From: Carcharhinus amblyrhynchos
Taxonomy: Eukaryota
Length of the DNA stretch: 64,000 bases
NCBI GenBank assembly: GCA_965287045.1
Contig: OZ336876.1
Coordinates: forward strand, 38,502,001-38,566,000
Direction: 5' to 3'
Under the pieces are notes generated by a model that did not search any database, was not told the DNA's origin, and worked only from the letters and a program-made list of their open reading frames with translations. Below, piece after piece: positions 49,173 through 62,971 of the stretch. Positions within the stretch are counted from its first letter, which is position 1; every line of letters begins with the position of its first letter. The position numbers were made by a program, and so were the translations under genes.

Positions 49173-49934
49173 AGCTGGGAGTGTTGAAAATCCAAATGTC
49201 ATATAGGTTTTGTCTTTTTGGTTTTAAAAGTTGTCAATCATGAAGTATAAAAGCAGTTAACTAAATGCATCATTTAAGATGTGAAAATACATATTTTTGA
49301 AGGGGGCGGCAGAGCATGTTTCCAATTCCCAGAGAAATACATCCCTAATTTTGTGCTTCAGCCTTTTATACTCTGCAGGCTTTCATGTACATGTGTTTAT
49401 TTCCTCCGATAAAAGTGAAGCAATGCTGCGTTTATTTACAGGGTACATTACAAGTCCATCCAACTTGTGCTTTCACTATCAAATGTATGTAATCAGAACA
49501 GTTCTTCAACTTTCAGGTATTTAACAAATGGATCAGGTTTTCTGAAGTACTTCAGCAAAATCTGACAGCTTTCTTGGTAAATATGCATCCTTCATCTCTC
49601 TTATTGTGTTTATGGCTTGAAATATCTTTTCACCAGTGCCATGCACGTTACCACAAACAAAAGTCCATGGCATGTGAACCTTCACAATGTTGAAATATTT
49701 GCCTGGATCAAAATTTTGCCCTTAAATAATTCACTCATCTCACTTTGAGATAACAGAAATTTACTATCTAGAAAGAAAATTACATTGTTATTCTACAATT
49801 AAAGAAAATCATTACTTTAATTGTTTTAATCATCCTAATATCGGATATCCCTTCAGTCTTGTCCTCTTCACCTTTCAGTCACTCTGATCTGTAGAGAGCA
49901 GACTGTGGTTTTCCCTCAACATGACTAGAAACGT

Positions 49935-51212
49935 TGATTATTTTGTGAGATTTGGTGTCACTGGATAGGCCAGCATTTATTGCCCACTGTGATTGCCCTT
50001 GAGAAGGTGATGGTGAGCTGCAGTTCCAGGATTCTGACCCAGTGAGAGTGAAGGACCATTGATATAGTTGCAAGTCAGGATGGTGAGTGAGTTGGGGGAG
50101 ACCATGTAGGTAGTGGTGTTCCCGTACATCTGCTGCCCTTGCCTTCCAGGTGATTAAGGTCATGGGTTTGGAAGGTGTGGTAGCAGTGCCTTGCTAAGTT
50201 GCAGCGCTGCTTCTGATAGGTGGCACAAATTGTTGCAATTGTGCAACAAATTTGTGGGAAGTAAATGTTGAAGGTAGTGAATAGGGCGCCAGTCAGCGGG
50301 CTGCTTGGTCCTGGATGGTATTGAGCTTCTTAAGTGTTGTTGGAACTGCACTCATCCAGGCAAGTGGAGAGTATTCCATCACACTCCTGACTTGCTGGAA
50401 ACAAGTTTACGGGAGTCAGGAGATGAATTACTCACTAAAGAATTCCCAGCCTCTGACCAATACTTGTATCCAAAGTATTATTGTGGTTCGTCCAGTTCAG
50501 TTTCTGGTCAGTGGTAACCCCCAGGATATTGATTGTGGGGGATTCAGTGATGGTAATGCCATTGAATGTTAAGGGGTGATGGTTAGATTCTCTGTTGTTG
50601 GAGATGATTATTTCCTGGCATTTGTGGGCTACGAATGTTACTTGCCATTTGTCAGCCCAAGCCTGGATATTGTCCAGGTCTTATGACTACCTCAGTATTT
50701 GAAGAGACATGGATTGTGCTGAATATTCTGCAGTCATCAGTAAACATCCCATTTGTGACCTTATGATAAAGGGAAGGTTATTGCTGGGGCAGCTGGAGAT
50801 GGTTAGGCCAAGGACACTACCCTGAGGAACTGAGATGATTGACCTCCAATATTTGTGGAGTCATCACCTCAAGTGAGATGTTTAATTGTCCACCACCATT
50901 CATGACTGCAAATCTTGGATCTGATCATTTGGTTGTGGGATTGCTATTTATCATGCAGGTAGACCCCTGCTGTTCCTGTGTGGTTTGACTATTCTGTGGG
51001 ACAGCTCTTCCAATTTTGGCACAAGAACCCAGAAGGCGGTAAGGAGGACTGGTAAAGGTTGCTTGAGTTGGGTGTGTTGTTGTTGTTGCCAAGTGATCCA
51101 TCACACTTCATTCCTTTCTTCTTAGCGGTTTGAAACAACCAAATGGCTTGCTAGGCTGTTTCAGATGGCATTTAAGAGTCAACTACATTGCTGCAGGTCA
51201 CATGTAGGCTAG
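49935..51212 (-). mobile_element. Internally deleted non-LTR retrotransposon (CR1/L2 group)
   Basis: Minus strand gives PQGSVLG, a frameshifted MFTDDC, and DLDNIQAWADKWQVTF.AHKCQ...ILGVT.DQKLNW. A short endonuclease-start-like piece lies at about 50985-51050. Confidence 0.8.
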
Positions 51213-52049
51213 TTGTAATTTAAGCCAGCCCGTCCTCACGCCAGCCTGAATGAATTATCAAATGGAGGAAGGGGGTAGGGGAGGGGGAGGCGGTGATCAT
51301 GGGTAGAAACCTGATAATGGCACTCAAATTTATTACAATGGTGTTCCCGACATTGAACGTTGGGATTCCTGTATTGTCACCGGCAGGAAGCATGGGCAAT
51401 TGTGACAAGACTTCTAGCTGATGTAAAATGCAAGTTGGACCTCCTGTGTGGTTTTCTGCTACTGTCACCAAACCTGATGGAGAAGAGAAATGGAAAGTTC
51501 TCAGCTGAGCAATTGATTAAGTGGATGGGGCAGGCGAATTTCATTTAAAATTACTGTGCATTGAGAAAATAATTTTACCAACCAATACAGCTGAATTTTA
51601 TCAACTCTTTCAGGATGGGCTGGGAGATGGGAAGGTTGCATACCAGTTATCTTCCCACAACCGTGCCATTTGTTAGCAGCAAGAAAGGTGGTAAAAAAGC
51701 CCACTGGCAGCTCCACTTTGTGGGCACACCATCTTATGAAACCTGTTGCTGTGTATTGTGGTTGGAGTGGAGGTGAGGGGCCCTCCTTTTTAATCACTCT
51801 TTGACTCAATGAGGCATTGTCCAGTAGGTCCTCAATTCCCTTTCCCCTGTTCCCTCTCTACCTCACGGCGATGGCTGCTCGTGGGCAACAGGGCCAGCTG
51901 GTCTCAGTAAGCAGCCCCCCACCCTGCTGGCTGGGACCTGACTGACTGGCCCCGGTTAGTCGTAGACCTCACTTGACTGACTGAGAGAGCTAATGGTTTT
52001 GATGCATCCTCATTCTCCAGATGCATCCCCATCAGCGACCACCATTAAC

Positions 52050-52480
52050 ATAAAAGCGCTGGAAATAGGAACTGGAGTGAACCAGCCTGCTCTGACATTC
52101 AGTCAGATCATAGTGTCTTGGGCTTCAATTTCCCTTGACTGCCTGCTCCCTAAATTCCCTAATTTAGGGAGACCTAAAAACTCTCCATCCCAGCCTGAAG
52201 TATATTAAAGGATGGAGCATCCACAACCTAAGTCTTGGATAGAGCCTTTCAAAGATTTGCCATCCTTTGAGTGAAGCAATTTTTCCTCCTCTCAGTCCAA
52301 AATGATCGTCCCTTTTCCTGAGACTGTCACTGTGTTTTGGATTCCCCGACCAGCAGAAACAATCACTGTGTCTACCATATCAAGTCCCTCCAGACCTTGT
52401 TTCAATGAGATCATCTCTCATTCTTCTAAAGAGAAAGTAGAAGTCAGCCTCTCATCATAGGACAAACCCGTTATCCCAGA
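52050..52480 (-). mobile_element. CR1-like LINE 3' fragment
   Basis: GAGTGAAGCAATTTTTCCTCCTCTCAGTCC and GTTTCAATGAGATCATCTCTCATTCTTCTAAA (RRMRDDLIET on the minus strand). Confidence 0.8.
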
Positions 52481-54284
52481 TAATGCTGGAAACTTGAAAA
52501 CAGCAAGGCCTCACAAAGTGTTAGCTAAGTAAGTTCCTGGAATGAGATGCTGAAAATGATCAGCTCCTGCTCTGCAACATCAGCCGCAAACTCTTTGTCT
52601 ATTGTTCTCTCCATCTGTGGCTGATGTTTTGTTTAATGCAAATTGGCTAGGCAACTCCCAATTATGGTTTGGAGTGTATAAATGAACTCTTGGGACTCTC
52701 TTGGTTTTGTTCTTCTTGGGTTTCTCCAGCCTCTCCTAAATCGTGCAAACTATTGGAGGTTTCAAGTTCCAGAGTGATCAATAATGTGATGGGGCTCATT
52801 TGGTATAGCTTAGCAACATGAGTTTTTTCATATCTTGGCCATAACTTCTTTCCCAAAACTATACGGTCAGTTTATTCCAATGGAATCAAAGTCATGGGAT
52901 GTATGATATAATTCCTTCCATGCACTTGAAACAGATCACATCTTAGTTTCTGCACTGATGACTAACAAACCACCCCATTTGCTATTTAGTCCGATTTGCA
53001 TTTCTCTGATGTTTATTTAATTTAACTCTCTCCACAGGCAATCCTGGACTCTGATACAACCTCATTTTTCAGTCCACCCTGTATCCTGAGCTGATTACTG
53101 ATGCTGCAGTACTGTCTTGCCAGGACACCATCAAATGTTTAAATTTTCATCTACTCTAGTAGCTTGCTTAACCTTTGTTATTCCACCCTCAGATGGATAA
53201 ATGTACTGCTATCTGGATAGTTTCGGTCATAGAAATAGAAATAAACACCAGTTGCTGTGGTTTCCTTGTTGTGTCAGTCTTTCTGGTCTGTTGGGTGCGG
53301 TAAATCCAACTGTTCAGCTGCTGGATTAATCAGTGCAGAGACCCTGAAATGAAATGTAAACCCCCCACCCATCCCCACTCCCTGCAACCCACCCTCCCGG
53401 CAAGTTGTAAATTTGAAAAATCTGGGCCATCCGCTAGAAAATTGTGGTGAATGGTGCATGTTTGCTGTCAATACCTAACTGCTTCTCTGCCATCCACTCA
53501 GTTTGATTGACACATGACTAATTCCTTTATGGGTAGCTGATTGTCCTTGGAAATATTGCATATGACCTTTGGGAAGTCCAGACCACAAACGAGGCCTGGA
53601 CCTCTGGTGGGCCTTCCATCAGTCACACTGTTGCTATGTTTCAATTGTCTGAGCTTACAGATGCCACTGTACTTCAGTGGGAAGAGTCTCTTCACTGAAA
53701 CTGACAAGCTAGAAAACTCTTAGTGAAACTGAGGAGCTCCAGTTATGGCTGAGTGAAGAGTGCTGCTCATAGCACTTCTGTTTGGAGGCTGCTGTCATTG
53801 ATAAGTGATTGCCAACTTCTTGAAAAGGTGCTTCACCTGCCTAATATTTCATAAACCTTCAGTTGTACTTCCCATCTACAATCTAATGCAGTAGACCTGG
53901 AAGCTCAGATCAGTGAAACATAACAACAAACAGAGTGAGGCCCACTGGGGACGAGGCCTCTTTTGTGGCCTTGGTCTCCCTAAAATTATATGTGATATTT
54001 CCAAGGGCTATTAAGAAAATGCAATCTATAAAGGAATTGTAGTCACATGCCAATGTGGTATCTGCCACTGTGGGGAATGTTAGGAAAGTCAGAATGTGTT
54101 GTTTGATACCTAATGTGTTTTTGCCACTCACCTGAACCATTTGAGACCCTGGATCCTCTTTGCACGTTGCCTCCAGGCTGGAGGCAATGACACATACCAA
54201 TATATTTTTAATAATATATAGTTTTAATATATTTTTAATCATTGATAACAGTGAATTTCTATTAGTCCAGTATGTAATTTATTG

Positions 54285-56698
54285 TGCTGTTACGGTAAAA
54301 AGTCCAGAAAGTTTAAAGCCATTGCAATCTCTAGAGGACCTGAGAAGGTGGCGTTCTTTCTTGTAACAGGAGATGATTTAAGGATTTTACATTGGCTATG
54401 TGAGCCCTGGCTGATGTTAGAAGGTATATTTGTAAACCGACAAGAACAGTTCCCATCACTGGATTCTAACAGAAGCAATTGGTGGAATCGCCTTGTCCAC
54501 CTTGAAAAATACTAAAAGTGGCTGATGGTCTATGATGATATTTTTTCCATAAATGTATTGATGAAACTTCTTGATGCTAAAGATAACAGCTAGGCCTTCT
54601 TTTTCTATCTGGTAATATCCTCTTTCCACATCTGACCAGGTTTCTGATGCTTATCCGATGGGTCTCTCAGACCTGTCATCCATTGTGTGGGATTACACAG
54701 TCCCAACCCCATATGGCAATGCATTGTATGTAAGTGTTATTTTCTTAGAGGGGTCAAGATGCACTAGTAAGTATGTTGACTGAAGTGCCAACTTTGTTTA
54801 AATTCTTTTTCTGTGGTGTTTTCCAATACCAGCTTTGGTGTTTTAATGGTGCGAGTAATGTTGATAGGTTTGGGAGGAACTGCCCATAATAACTGACCAT
54901 CCCAAGGAAGAATCTGAGTTCTGAGGTGTTCCTAGGGGCTGGTACCTCTTTATTTGCATACATTCTGCCCTCCGTTGGGTATAGCCCCTGAGCATCTACT
55001 CGATAACCAAGGTAAGCCTCCTCAAATGCTTGGAAGGTGCACTTTTCTCTTTTTAATCACACTCCTCCCTTTTGGAATCTATTGAAAACTTAGACCACAT
55101 TTACCAAATGTTCCTCCTCAGTGGACCCTCTTATTAGGATATTATCCAAATAAAGGACAACTCTGCACAAGCCCTATATCAAACTCTCCATAGTTCACTG
55201 AAAGATGACATGAGTTGACAAAACCGTAAAAGGTAGACATGTATATCAATACAACTCTCTATGTGAATTTATGGTGACATGAGCTCTTGATGTGTCGTCC
55301 ACTTCTAACTGTTGGGTAAGCACGTCTCATATCCAATTTAGTACCCTTCATATCCTTCAGGGGGGTATGTGTCAAACCCCTAGCCAATTCCACACACAGA
55401 TTTTCAATATTGGGATGGGATACTTATCCAGTTTTGCCGCCTGGTTCACCATCAGTCTGTAGTCCATGTAGATACAAATGATCTTATCTGGTTTAACTAC
55501 AGGCACAATGGGTGCTGCCCACTCTGCAAATTGAACGGGCTTGATTATGCCCAAGTCTTCTCTTCATTCTAGCTCTGTCTCAACGTTTTCTACTAATGCA
55601 TAAGGCACAGGTCTTGTACACTTCTAAAAAATCTTGATATATCTTCCCAATCTATGTGAATGCCAGCTTGCAATCCTTTAACCTTTCCAAGTTCCTCTTG
55701 AAATATTATTGGTATTTCCTATTGACCTGGTGCAGGCCCTCTTCTTTTATCTTAAAGATCTTCAGCCAGTTCAACTTAAACTCCTGGAGTCAATCATGCC
55801 CCATTAAACTCAATTCTTGGTCCGATACCACCATCAGCGGTAGCTGTGCTGACTGCTGTCTTTGACACATAGGGGTTGTAGTTGTAGCCATGTTTATAGC
55901 TTCTCTGGAATACCGAACTAGTCTTGTTGTAGCGTTCATGAATTTCAGAGGTTGAATTCTTTAAGATACCAGTAGGTTCCTTTGTTCACAACAACAGCTG
56001 ATGCCCCTCCATCTTCACTGACCAGCCATTCACTATCAACACTACTGTGATGGGGATAATTTGCCCACTTCCACATTATTTCACAACATAACATTTTATC
56101 CCCCCACTGGATAATCCTCCATACTATGCACCGGGCTGGATTATTTATTCTCCGTATATTGGACTGGCCCTGCTTGCTTTTACATTTGTGCCTTAAATGA
56201 CATTTTATTCCATACCCAAAGCACTCTGTTCAATAACTGGCTTATGTGATTCTTGAGGATTATTCATCAATCCTCTAGTCTGTGAAGAGTGGGTGTGCGG
56301 AATTTCATAAAAGCGCTGGACCTGGTGATACTTAATTACGTCTTCCGTTTTTTGAAAATCTGGTCCTCTGAATCTACACATTTATGGGGAGTGGTTTCCC
56401 CCACATCAAAATCTACCTTCTCTTTGAACCCCTCACTGCAAACTTCTAATTGATCTTGTTGCCAATGTCGTAATTGCAAGGATTGTGACAATCAGTTGGT
56501 GTAACAATCTATAATAGTTTATGTACAAGTGAATAAATATACAGAGTACTTTCACAATTTAACACTTTCAGCTCTAGGATCTACTCTGGATGCAAAAGCT
56601 CACATTTTGCACCGAGATCCCTGTGCTGACCTACCATTGGACGATTGGGTCAAATGACCCTCTCGATGTATGTCCCTTTAAAGGGGCCGGCTACTACA
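54285..56698 (-). mobile_element. Decayed Ty3/gypsy LTR retrotransposon (5' LTR, PBS, gag remnant, PR-RT-RNase H; 3' part missing)
   Basis: RT GIIKPVQFAEWAAPIVPVVKPD...DYR..VN....DKYPIP and P...SELRFFLGMVSYYGQFLPNLSTLLAPL. RNase H YQIEKEGLAVIF.IKKFHQYIYG. Zinc-knuckle remnant CFGYGIKCHLRHKC. Many stops and frameshifts. Confidence 0.9.
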
Positions 56699-57989
56699 CT
56701 GGCTTTATATATGTCAGACCAGGTTTTGCAGGGACAGCCTTGGTTGTAGTTTTTAAAAATACTCTTTTGGTATCCTTGTTCTGAATCCTAATGACTATTT
56801 TGTTTCTTATTGGGCTTTCATCCAAATGTCATAATTTCATGTTCCTGCTAAGGTGCAGAGACTTCCTATGCACTGTTGTTTTATCAGAATGCTGGTTCCA
56901 ATTATTGAAACGTATAATGCTCATACTTTTTTATTAGTTTTTCCGACGCAAGTTTGTTCCATCGCACTAAAAATAACTTTTTATATAAGTCTTGTCTTCG
57001 GCTGTCTCAAACTGAAGACTGTGACATATTTTCAGTCCTTCTTTACCCATACTGGTAATTAGTGCAGTGGTTCTTACATCTTTTGACTGTTTAATGAGAC
57101 ATGTTGCAATCTTTTTATTGTCCCAAATTCATTTAAAGCTTGTCTGATTACTGACTTGAATACCTGCCATCTGTAATTTTACTGGGAATTGTACATTTTG
57201 AATAATAGCTTTGCAGAACTCTTGAGTGGCTGCATTTTAATTTTACATTTTAAATAGCTTTTCAGCTGATGTAGACACCGTGGAAGTAACATAAAAGAAG
57301 ATGCGTGTGTGATCACTTTACAATACTTTGAAATGTGCCTGGAGCTTTAGGAAGCTATCATTTATATATGTGAATATTCTTTATTTTGTCGACATATATT
57401 TTAAAATACTTTGAGGGTTACTTCTAATTCCAGTGCCATTATTTGCTATTAATTTTAATCAGCAACAAACCAGTAAAGACTTCAGAACTTCATTGTTGGT
57501 TAAAAAGCAAATTCAGTTCACAGCAAAAAAGAATTAAAGAGAGAAACAAGTTACATTGGGATTCTACCTCCCCTCCAATGCCCCAGAATTGGGATAAGTT
57601 CCCAAAGTCATTGTAACAAAGCGAGGGAGGTGGAAGAGTACGTATCTGCTCATTCAGCCAGCCTTACTATGCCTGTACCATCAGTTGTCCAAATAGAGAG
57701 GATCCTGAAAATATGAACTGTAGGCTAGAGGATCGGTGGTATTTTAGGGCAATCCTGAAGAAACAAGAAAATCAAATATGACTTAAACATTTTCGTCCTC
57801 CTCAGGAGGATCTTCCAACCTTGAGCTTATCCAGCTACTGTACTTAGTGCTTCAGGAGGAAAGATGAGGTTAGTGGTGCAATTGCGGGGCAAAGGGACTG
57901 AAGGAGGGTCTCTGGAGGAAGGGGTGCTAGATGGAAGAAATGGAAGTGGGGTGCTGCTGAGGAGAGATTGTAAGCTGCTGAGTGAAATG

Positions 57990-58302
57990 AATCATAGAAT
58001 CATAGAATCCTGACAGCGCAGAAAGAGGCCATTTTGGCCCATTGAGTCTGTAGAAATCATAATCCCAACAAGGCTCTCTTTCCATAACCCCACACATTTA
58101 CTCTGTTAATCCCCCTGACATTTTACATGGCCAATCAATCTAATCCGCACATCTTTGGACTGTGGGAAGAAACCAGAGGAAACCCACGTGGACCTGGGGA
58201 GAACGTGCAAACTCCACACAGACAGTGACCCAAGGCCAGAATTGAACCTGGGTCCCTGGTGCTGTGAGACAACAGTGCTAATCACTGAGCCACTGTACCA
58301 CC
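57990..58302 (-). mobile_element. HE1-type V-SINE
   Basis: (ATCATAGA)2 tail and reverse-complement head CTGTGAGACAACAGTGCTAATCACTG. Confidence 0.88.
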
Positions 58303-61300
58303 CAAATATGGGGCTCTTCCGCCGCAGAATTTCATAAAAGCACTGGAATTGGACATACTTAATTATATCTTCCATTATTTGAAAATCTTGCTTGGTTATG
58401 TAAAGCTCAAGCTCCTATCCCATTATTTAAAAGATCAGTCATTGGCAAAGGGAGCTGGTGAGTAACTTGGTTCCCATATGCTAAGAGTTCTCAGTTTGCT
58501 TGCTCACAAAGAACGCACAGTATTACTGGAGGCCAATAGATAGAGTCAGAAGAGGTATTCCAACTGGCAAAAGTAACTTTCAATTTCCATACCAGTTTCC
58601 TTACACTGGGCCACAGGAGGCAGAGTCTGGCAGCGTGGATCGGATGCCCAGCAGACATACAGGTACTCACCAGCCCCATCCAAATGGGCTGATTTTTCAC
58701 TTCACCCTGCAGACTCCAGTGCCCGTGCTAGTACTGTTGATTTCCATGGATTTCCAGCTCCTCCTCAGTGCTTCCCATTTTTGATAGAACAAAGAGCCGC
58801 CTCTTTGTTCTATCAAAGTATTCTGTCTCGAGATTTTCTATAATTAAATCACACATGACTTTGGTTAGACACAGAGGCTTTAAAAATCCAGTCAGACCCG
58901 AACCATCTGATCAAGATCCTGATTTAACTGCAGTCAGCAACCCACCAGCAAAATAATGCAACTATTGTCCAAACTTGAACCCTAGTTTTTCAAAAACAGT
59001 GCATCACTAAATCAAGTGTAGCTATGCATTTGGAAATGTGTCCACGGTGATAAAGCAACAAAGGAGGCTTTATTAAAGGCCTTGTCATCTTGAATCATTG
59101 CAACATGGCTAGATCTGGGACACAGAATCATGATCTGCAACACCACTTATTTAAAATGAAACCTGAAAGAAAGAGCACCTAGCTGCAAGTGCAAAGTACC
59201 ATCTAATCTGAGAAGAAGGTCTGTTTCTGTGCTGTAATTTTCTTTGCTCTTTTAAGGGGTTATAGTTCAGATGAGCAACATGATCAGTATAGGCTCTTGG
59301 GCCAAAGGGCCTGTTCCTGCACTGTAATTTTCTTTGTTCTTTATTATAACGGCAATGAAACCGATGCAGAAAAATAGTTTCAGGTAATTCCAATGCTCTG
59401 AGATCTCAGAAACAAAAAAACAGATGGATGTGCACCAACAAACAATAGCATAAACGAAATCTTTTCAATTGCTTCCACCTTGTTTTCGATAAATGTACTG
59501 ATGTACTTAAATCCATCAACTTGCAATTACAGGCTACCATTAACGTGACAAAAATCTGCCCAGCTTTCTTACCAATGAGTGAAAGAAAATTAACGTCAAG
59601 TCAGGAAGGGAGAGATTCAGAGGAGTGACCTTAATCAGAAATGGTTTTGTGGGGGTTATTAAGTTGAACCAGTTTCGGAAAGATGCCCAGAGAGTAGGAT
59701 GAAGGCAGTTGAAAGTTCTGTCACCAACAGTTGGGTAAAGGGAGGTGGAAACAATAGAAGGCCAAACTGGGAGGGATAGTTTCCAGCAGGGGTTATGGAG
59801 GTGGAAGAGCTAGAAACAGAATAGAGAGAACTGATGCAGAGATTTAAAGATGAGGATAAAGATTTTACAGTTAATATGTTCAGTGAATGGGAACCAGTGC
59901 ATGGCGACAAAGGCAAGTTTCAGATTTTCACTGAGTGCAGGGCAGAGAAATCTTGTGGCAGTGAGAGTAAGTGGACCCACTGATGGATAGAATATTGGTG
60001 TGTAAAGCGTTATAGGAACACAACTTCAAATAGGTAGGATTTTCCTAAGTGGTCAGGACAATGTTGGAGTCCTGAGCCAAGAATGCAGAATTTTAGATGT
60101 GTTAAAAATGTTTGAGACAGTCTTCCTGATGTTGTACTGGAGAGAGTTCTGACTTATTTAAAATCTGATGATTGGAAAATATACAGGCCATTGAGTGATG
60201 AAGGGAGGTGAGAGAAAGGTAGAACTGGGTATCGTAGCATAAATGCAAAAGCCAAAACTGTGGCCACAGAAGGCACTGTTGAGGGACAGCATGTAGACAA
60301 TAAAGAGACCAGAATAAATATTTGGGGAAATCAATATAACAGGGTCAGGATCCCATGGATTAGATGAGTTTGGAGAGGTTATAAGGAAAGGTGGGGAAGA
60401 GACTGTAGAAAGATGAGTATTCAAAGCTTACATGGGTGGCAAGATTAATTGAATCAAAGGCACATTGACTATAGTAGTAGAAACTATTATAACAAAGATG
60501 CCTTTAAATTACTTGTTGCTAACAATCATTCAACCTACTCACTTTGAATACAAATTTGTTTAAAAGCATTGGCTCCAAATTTACAATCATTGGTGAAAAA
60601 GCGGCACCAACCTGTCATTAAATTTGTCTAGAGAATTTCTGTGGGTTTTTGCAATGAATCTTTCTGCATCTGGAAAGCCATTTTAGCTCAGCATCCGGTG
60701 CTGGGGATCTGAGACTGGTGTGAACAGGTCATGCAACTATAAATCTCATCAAAATTGTTAATGGGCAATGCAGTGTGTGAACCAGGAAGTGTAAGTTAGA
60801 CTATTCAAATCAAATACTGAAAGTGAATTAAAAAGGTTTTTAAAAAACGGGAATAAGGGAAAGATAAGAAAAGAAAAATATATTAAAAAAACATTAAAAC
60901 AACCAAAAACAATTGAAATCTGAATTTGTAAATATTATTTTTGTGCCAAAGAGGCAGTTTGGCAATAATTAAGTTATCACACCATTAGATATTTAGTTAC
61001 ACGGAATGGACAAGCCCTAATTTTTACGGGTGTATTTAATGTGCATATATCAACAGATACCCCATTCTATGAGTTTCAGTGGCGAATCTCTTGAAAGATT
61101 CAGATTTGATGAGCTGGAGTCTGAGTCACAGAAGTTGTGGGGCAGGAGGGGAAAGGAAAGTGACCTAGATAATTAGTTCCAAGAGGCAGTCACATTAGGC
61201 AGAATTTTAGAGTTGGTCAGTGGTCAGGGACAGGAAGTGTGATTGAGAGGCAGATCTGGGGAACTAGCATGTAGTGATGGATGATGCTCAGCCTCTAACT

Positions 61301-61691
61301 TCATCTACCTGATAAAACGTGCTTGCTACCTTTGTGGATGGGGAGAAGGAACACAGGATGGATGAATGAACTGGCCATGGCACCATGGTGCTGGATGCCA
61401 TTCAAGTATAGTAGTGAAAAGTAATGTGGTTGTGATAGACAGTAAGGTCAGGAGATAGATACTATTCTGTGCAGCCACAACCAGGAGCGCTAAAGAATAT
61501 GTTGCCTGCTTCATGCCTGGATTAAGGCTACCTCCTAGAAGCTAGAGATGAAATTGGAGTGAGAGGGGGAGGATCTAATTGTAGTGGTCCACATGGATAC
61601 CAATGGGCATAGGTAAAACCAGGAATAATGTTCAATAAGAGAATTTGAGGAGTTAAGGTCTAAATTAAAATGTAGAACATCAAAAGTAATT

Positions 61692-61900
61692 GGGCGGGAT
61701 TTTATGGCCCCTCTTGTCCCAAAACCATAAAATCTCACTCAAGGTGAAAGAATTTTCTTATGCTCCTATGCCAGATGGTGGAATTATATCGCCTCGCCTG
61801 CCACAGAATCAGAACGAGCAATGGGCGGACAATGGAAATGTCCGTTGACGTCGGGCAGGAATTTCTAGTCTTGCTTAAGCGAGGCCATAATTTCCCACCC
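61692..61900. mobile_element. MITE inserted in CR1 ORF1
   Basis: TIR-like GGGCGGGATTTTATGGCC / GGCCATAATTTCCCACCC. It splits the CR1 motif SKVI|ISDLLP. Confidence 0.7.
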
Positions 61901-62642
61901 ACTATCTCAGATTTGTTACCTGAACCACATGCCAAATGGCATAGGGTAATATAGGTTAGAGAGTTAAATGTGTGGCTCAAAGGGTAGTGTAGGAAGATTG
62001 GGTTTTGTATCATTGGCATTAGTACTTGGGAAGAGGGAGCTATTCTTTTGCGATGGGATCCACTTACACCAGGTGGGAACAAGTGTCCTGGTGAATCTGT
62101 ATAACTAGGGCTGTGAGTAGGGCTTTAAAGTGACATAATGGGGAAGAGTTCAGGTGCAGGAGATTTAGAAATCTGAACAAAAAGATAGGGGTAACAGGGT
62201 AGTTATGTGGGGAAAGGAAAGTAGAATCAGACAGGAAGAGACTGAGATTTTAACATTAATTGTGCATCAACAATGCAAGGAATACTAGTAAAAACACAAA
62301 ATTAAAGATGTTTTATCTGAATCCATGAGGCATCAACAATAAGATAGATGAGCTTTAAATAACGATATGGTTTAGATTTATTCCCATTTCAGAGACATGG
62401 TTGCAAGGAGATCAATATTGAGCAATAAATATTCCAGGCTATACAATTTTTTTGAAAGACAGACAGAATGGCAAAGGTGGAGGGGCACTCTTGATTGTAA
62501 GGATGATGTAAGGACATAAGTGAGAGAGGATTTAGCCTCAGAAAATCATGAAGTAGAATCAATGTGGGTAGAAATTAGGGATAAGAGACAAAAAATGCTA
62601 GTGAGAGTAGTTTATAGGCCCCCTAATAGTACATAGGCTCGA

Positions 62643-62971
62643 ACATAGAATCCTAAACAGTGCAGAAGAAGGCCATTTGGCCCATCGAATCTGTACCAGT
62701 ACCAATAACAATCCCACCCAGGCCCTATCCAAGTAACCCTTACATTTAGCTTACCAAACCCTCTGACACTAAGGGGAAATTTAGCATGGCTAATCAACCT
62801 AACCCGCTCATCTTTGGATTATGTGAGGAAACTGGAGCACTCGGAGGAAACTAATGCAGACACGGGGAGAATGTGTGCAACAGAGTGCAGACAGGGACCT
62901 GAGTCTGGAATTGAACCCAGGTTCCTGGCGCTATGAGGCAGCAGCGTTAACCATTATACCACTGTGCCGCC
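62643..62971 (-). mobile_element. HE1-type V-SINE inserted in the CR1 endonuclease
   Basis: Reverse-complement HE1 motifs lying between VYRPPNS and the continuation of the CR1 frame. Confidence 0.87.

Noticed and set aside
53910-54242. 110-aa minus-strand ORF containing a CAG|GTGAGT donor-like site
   Set aside because: No acceptor or homology, it lies at the edge of the gypsy relic, and there is not enough support for an exon.
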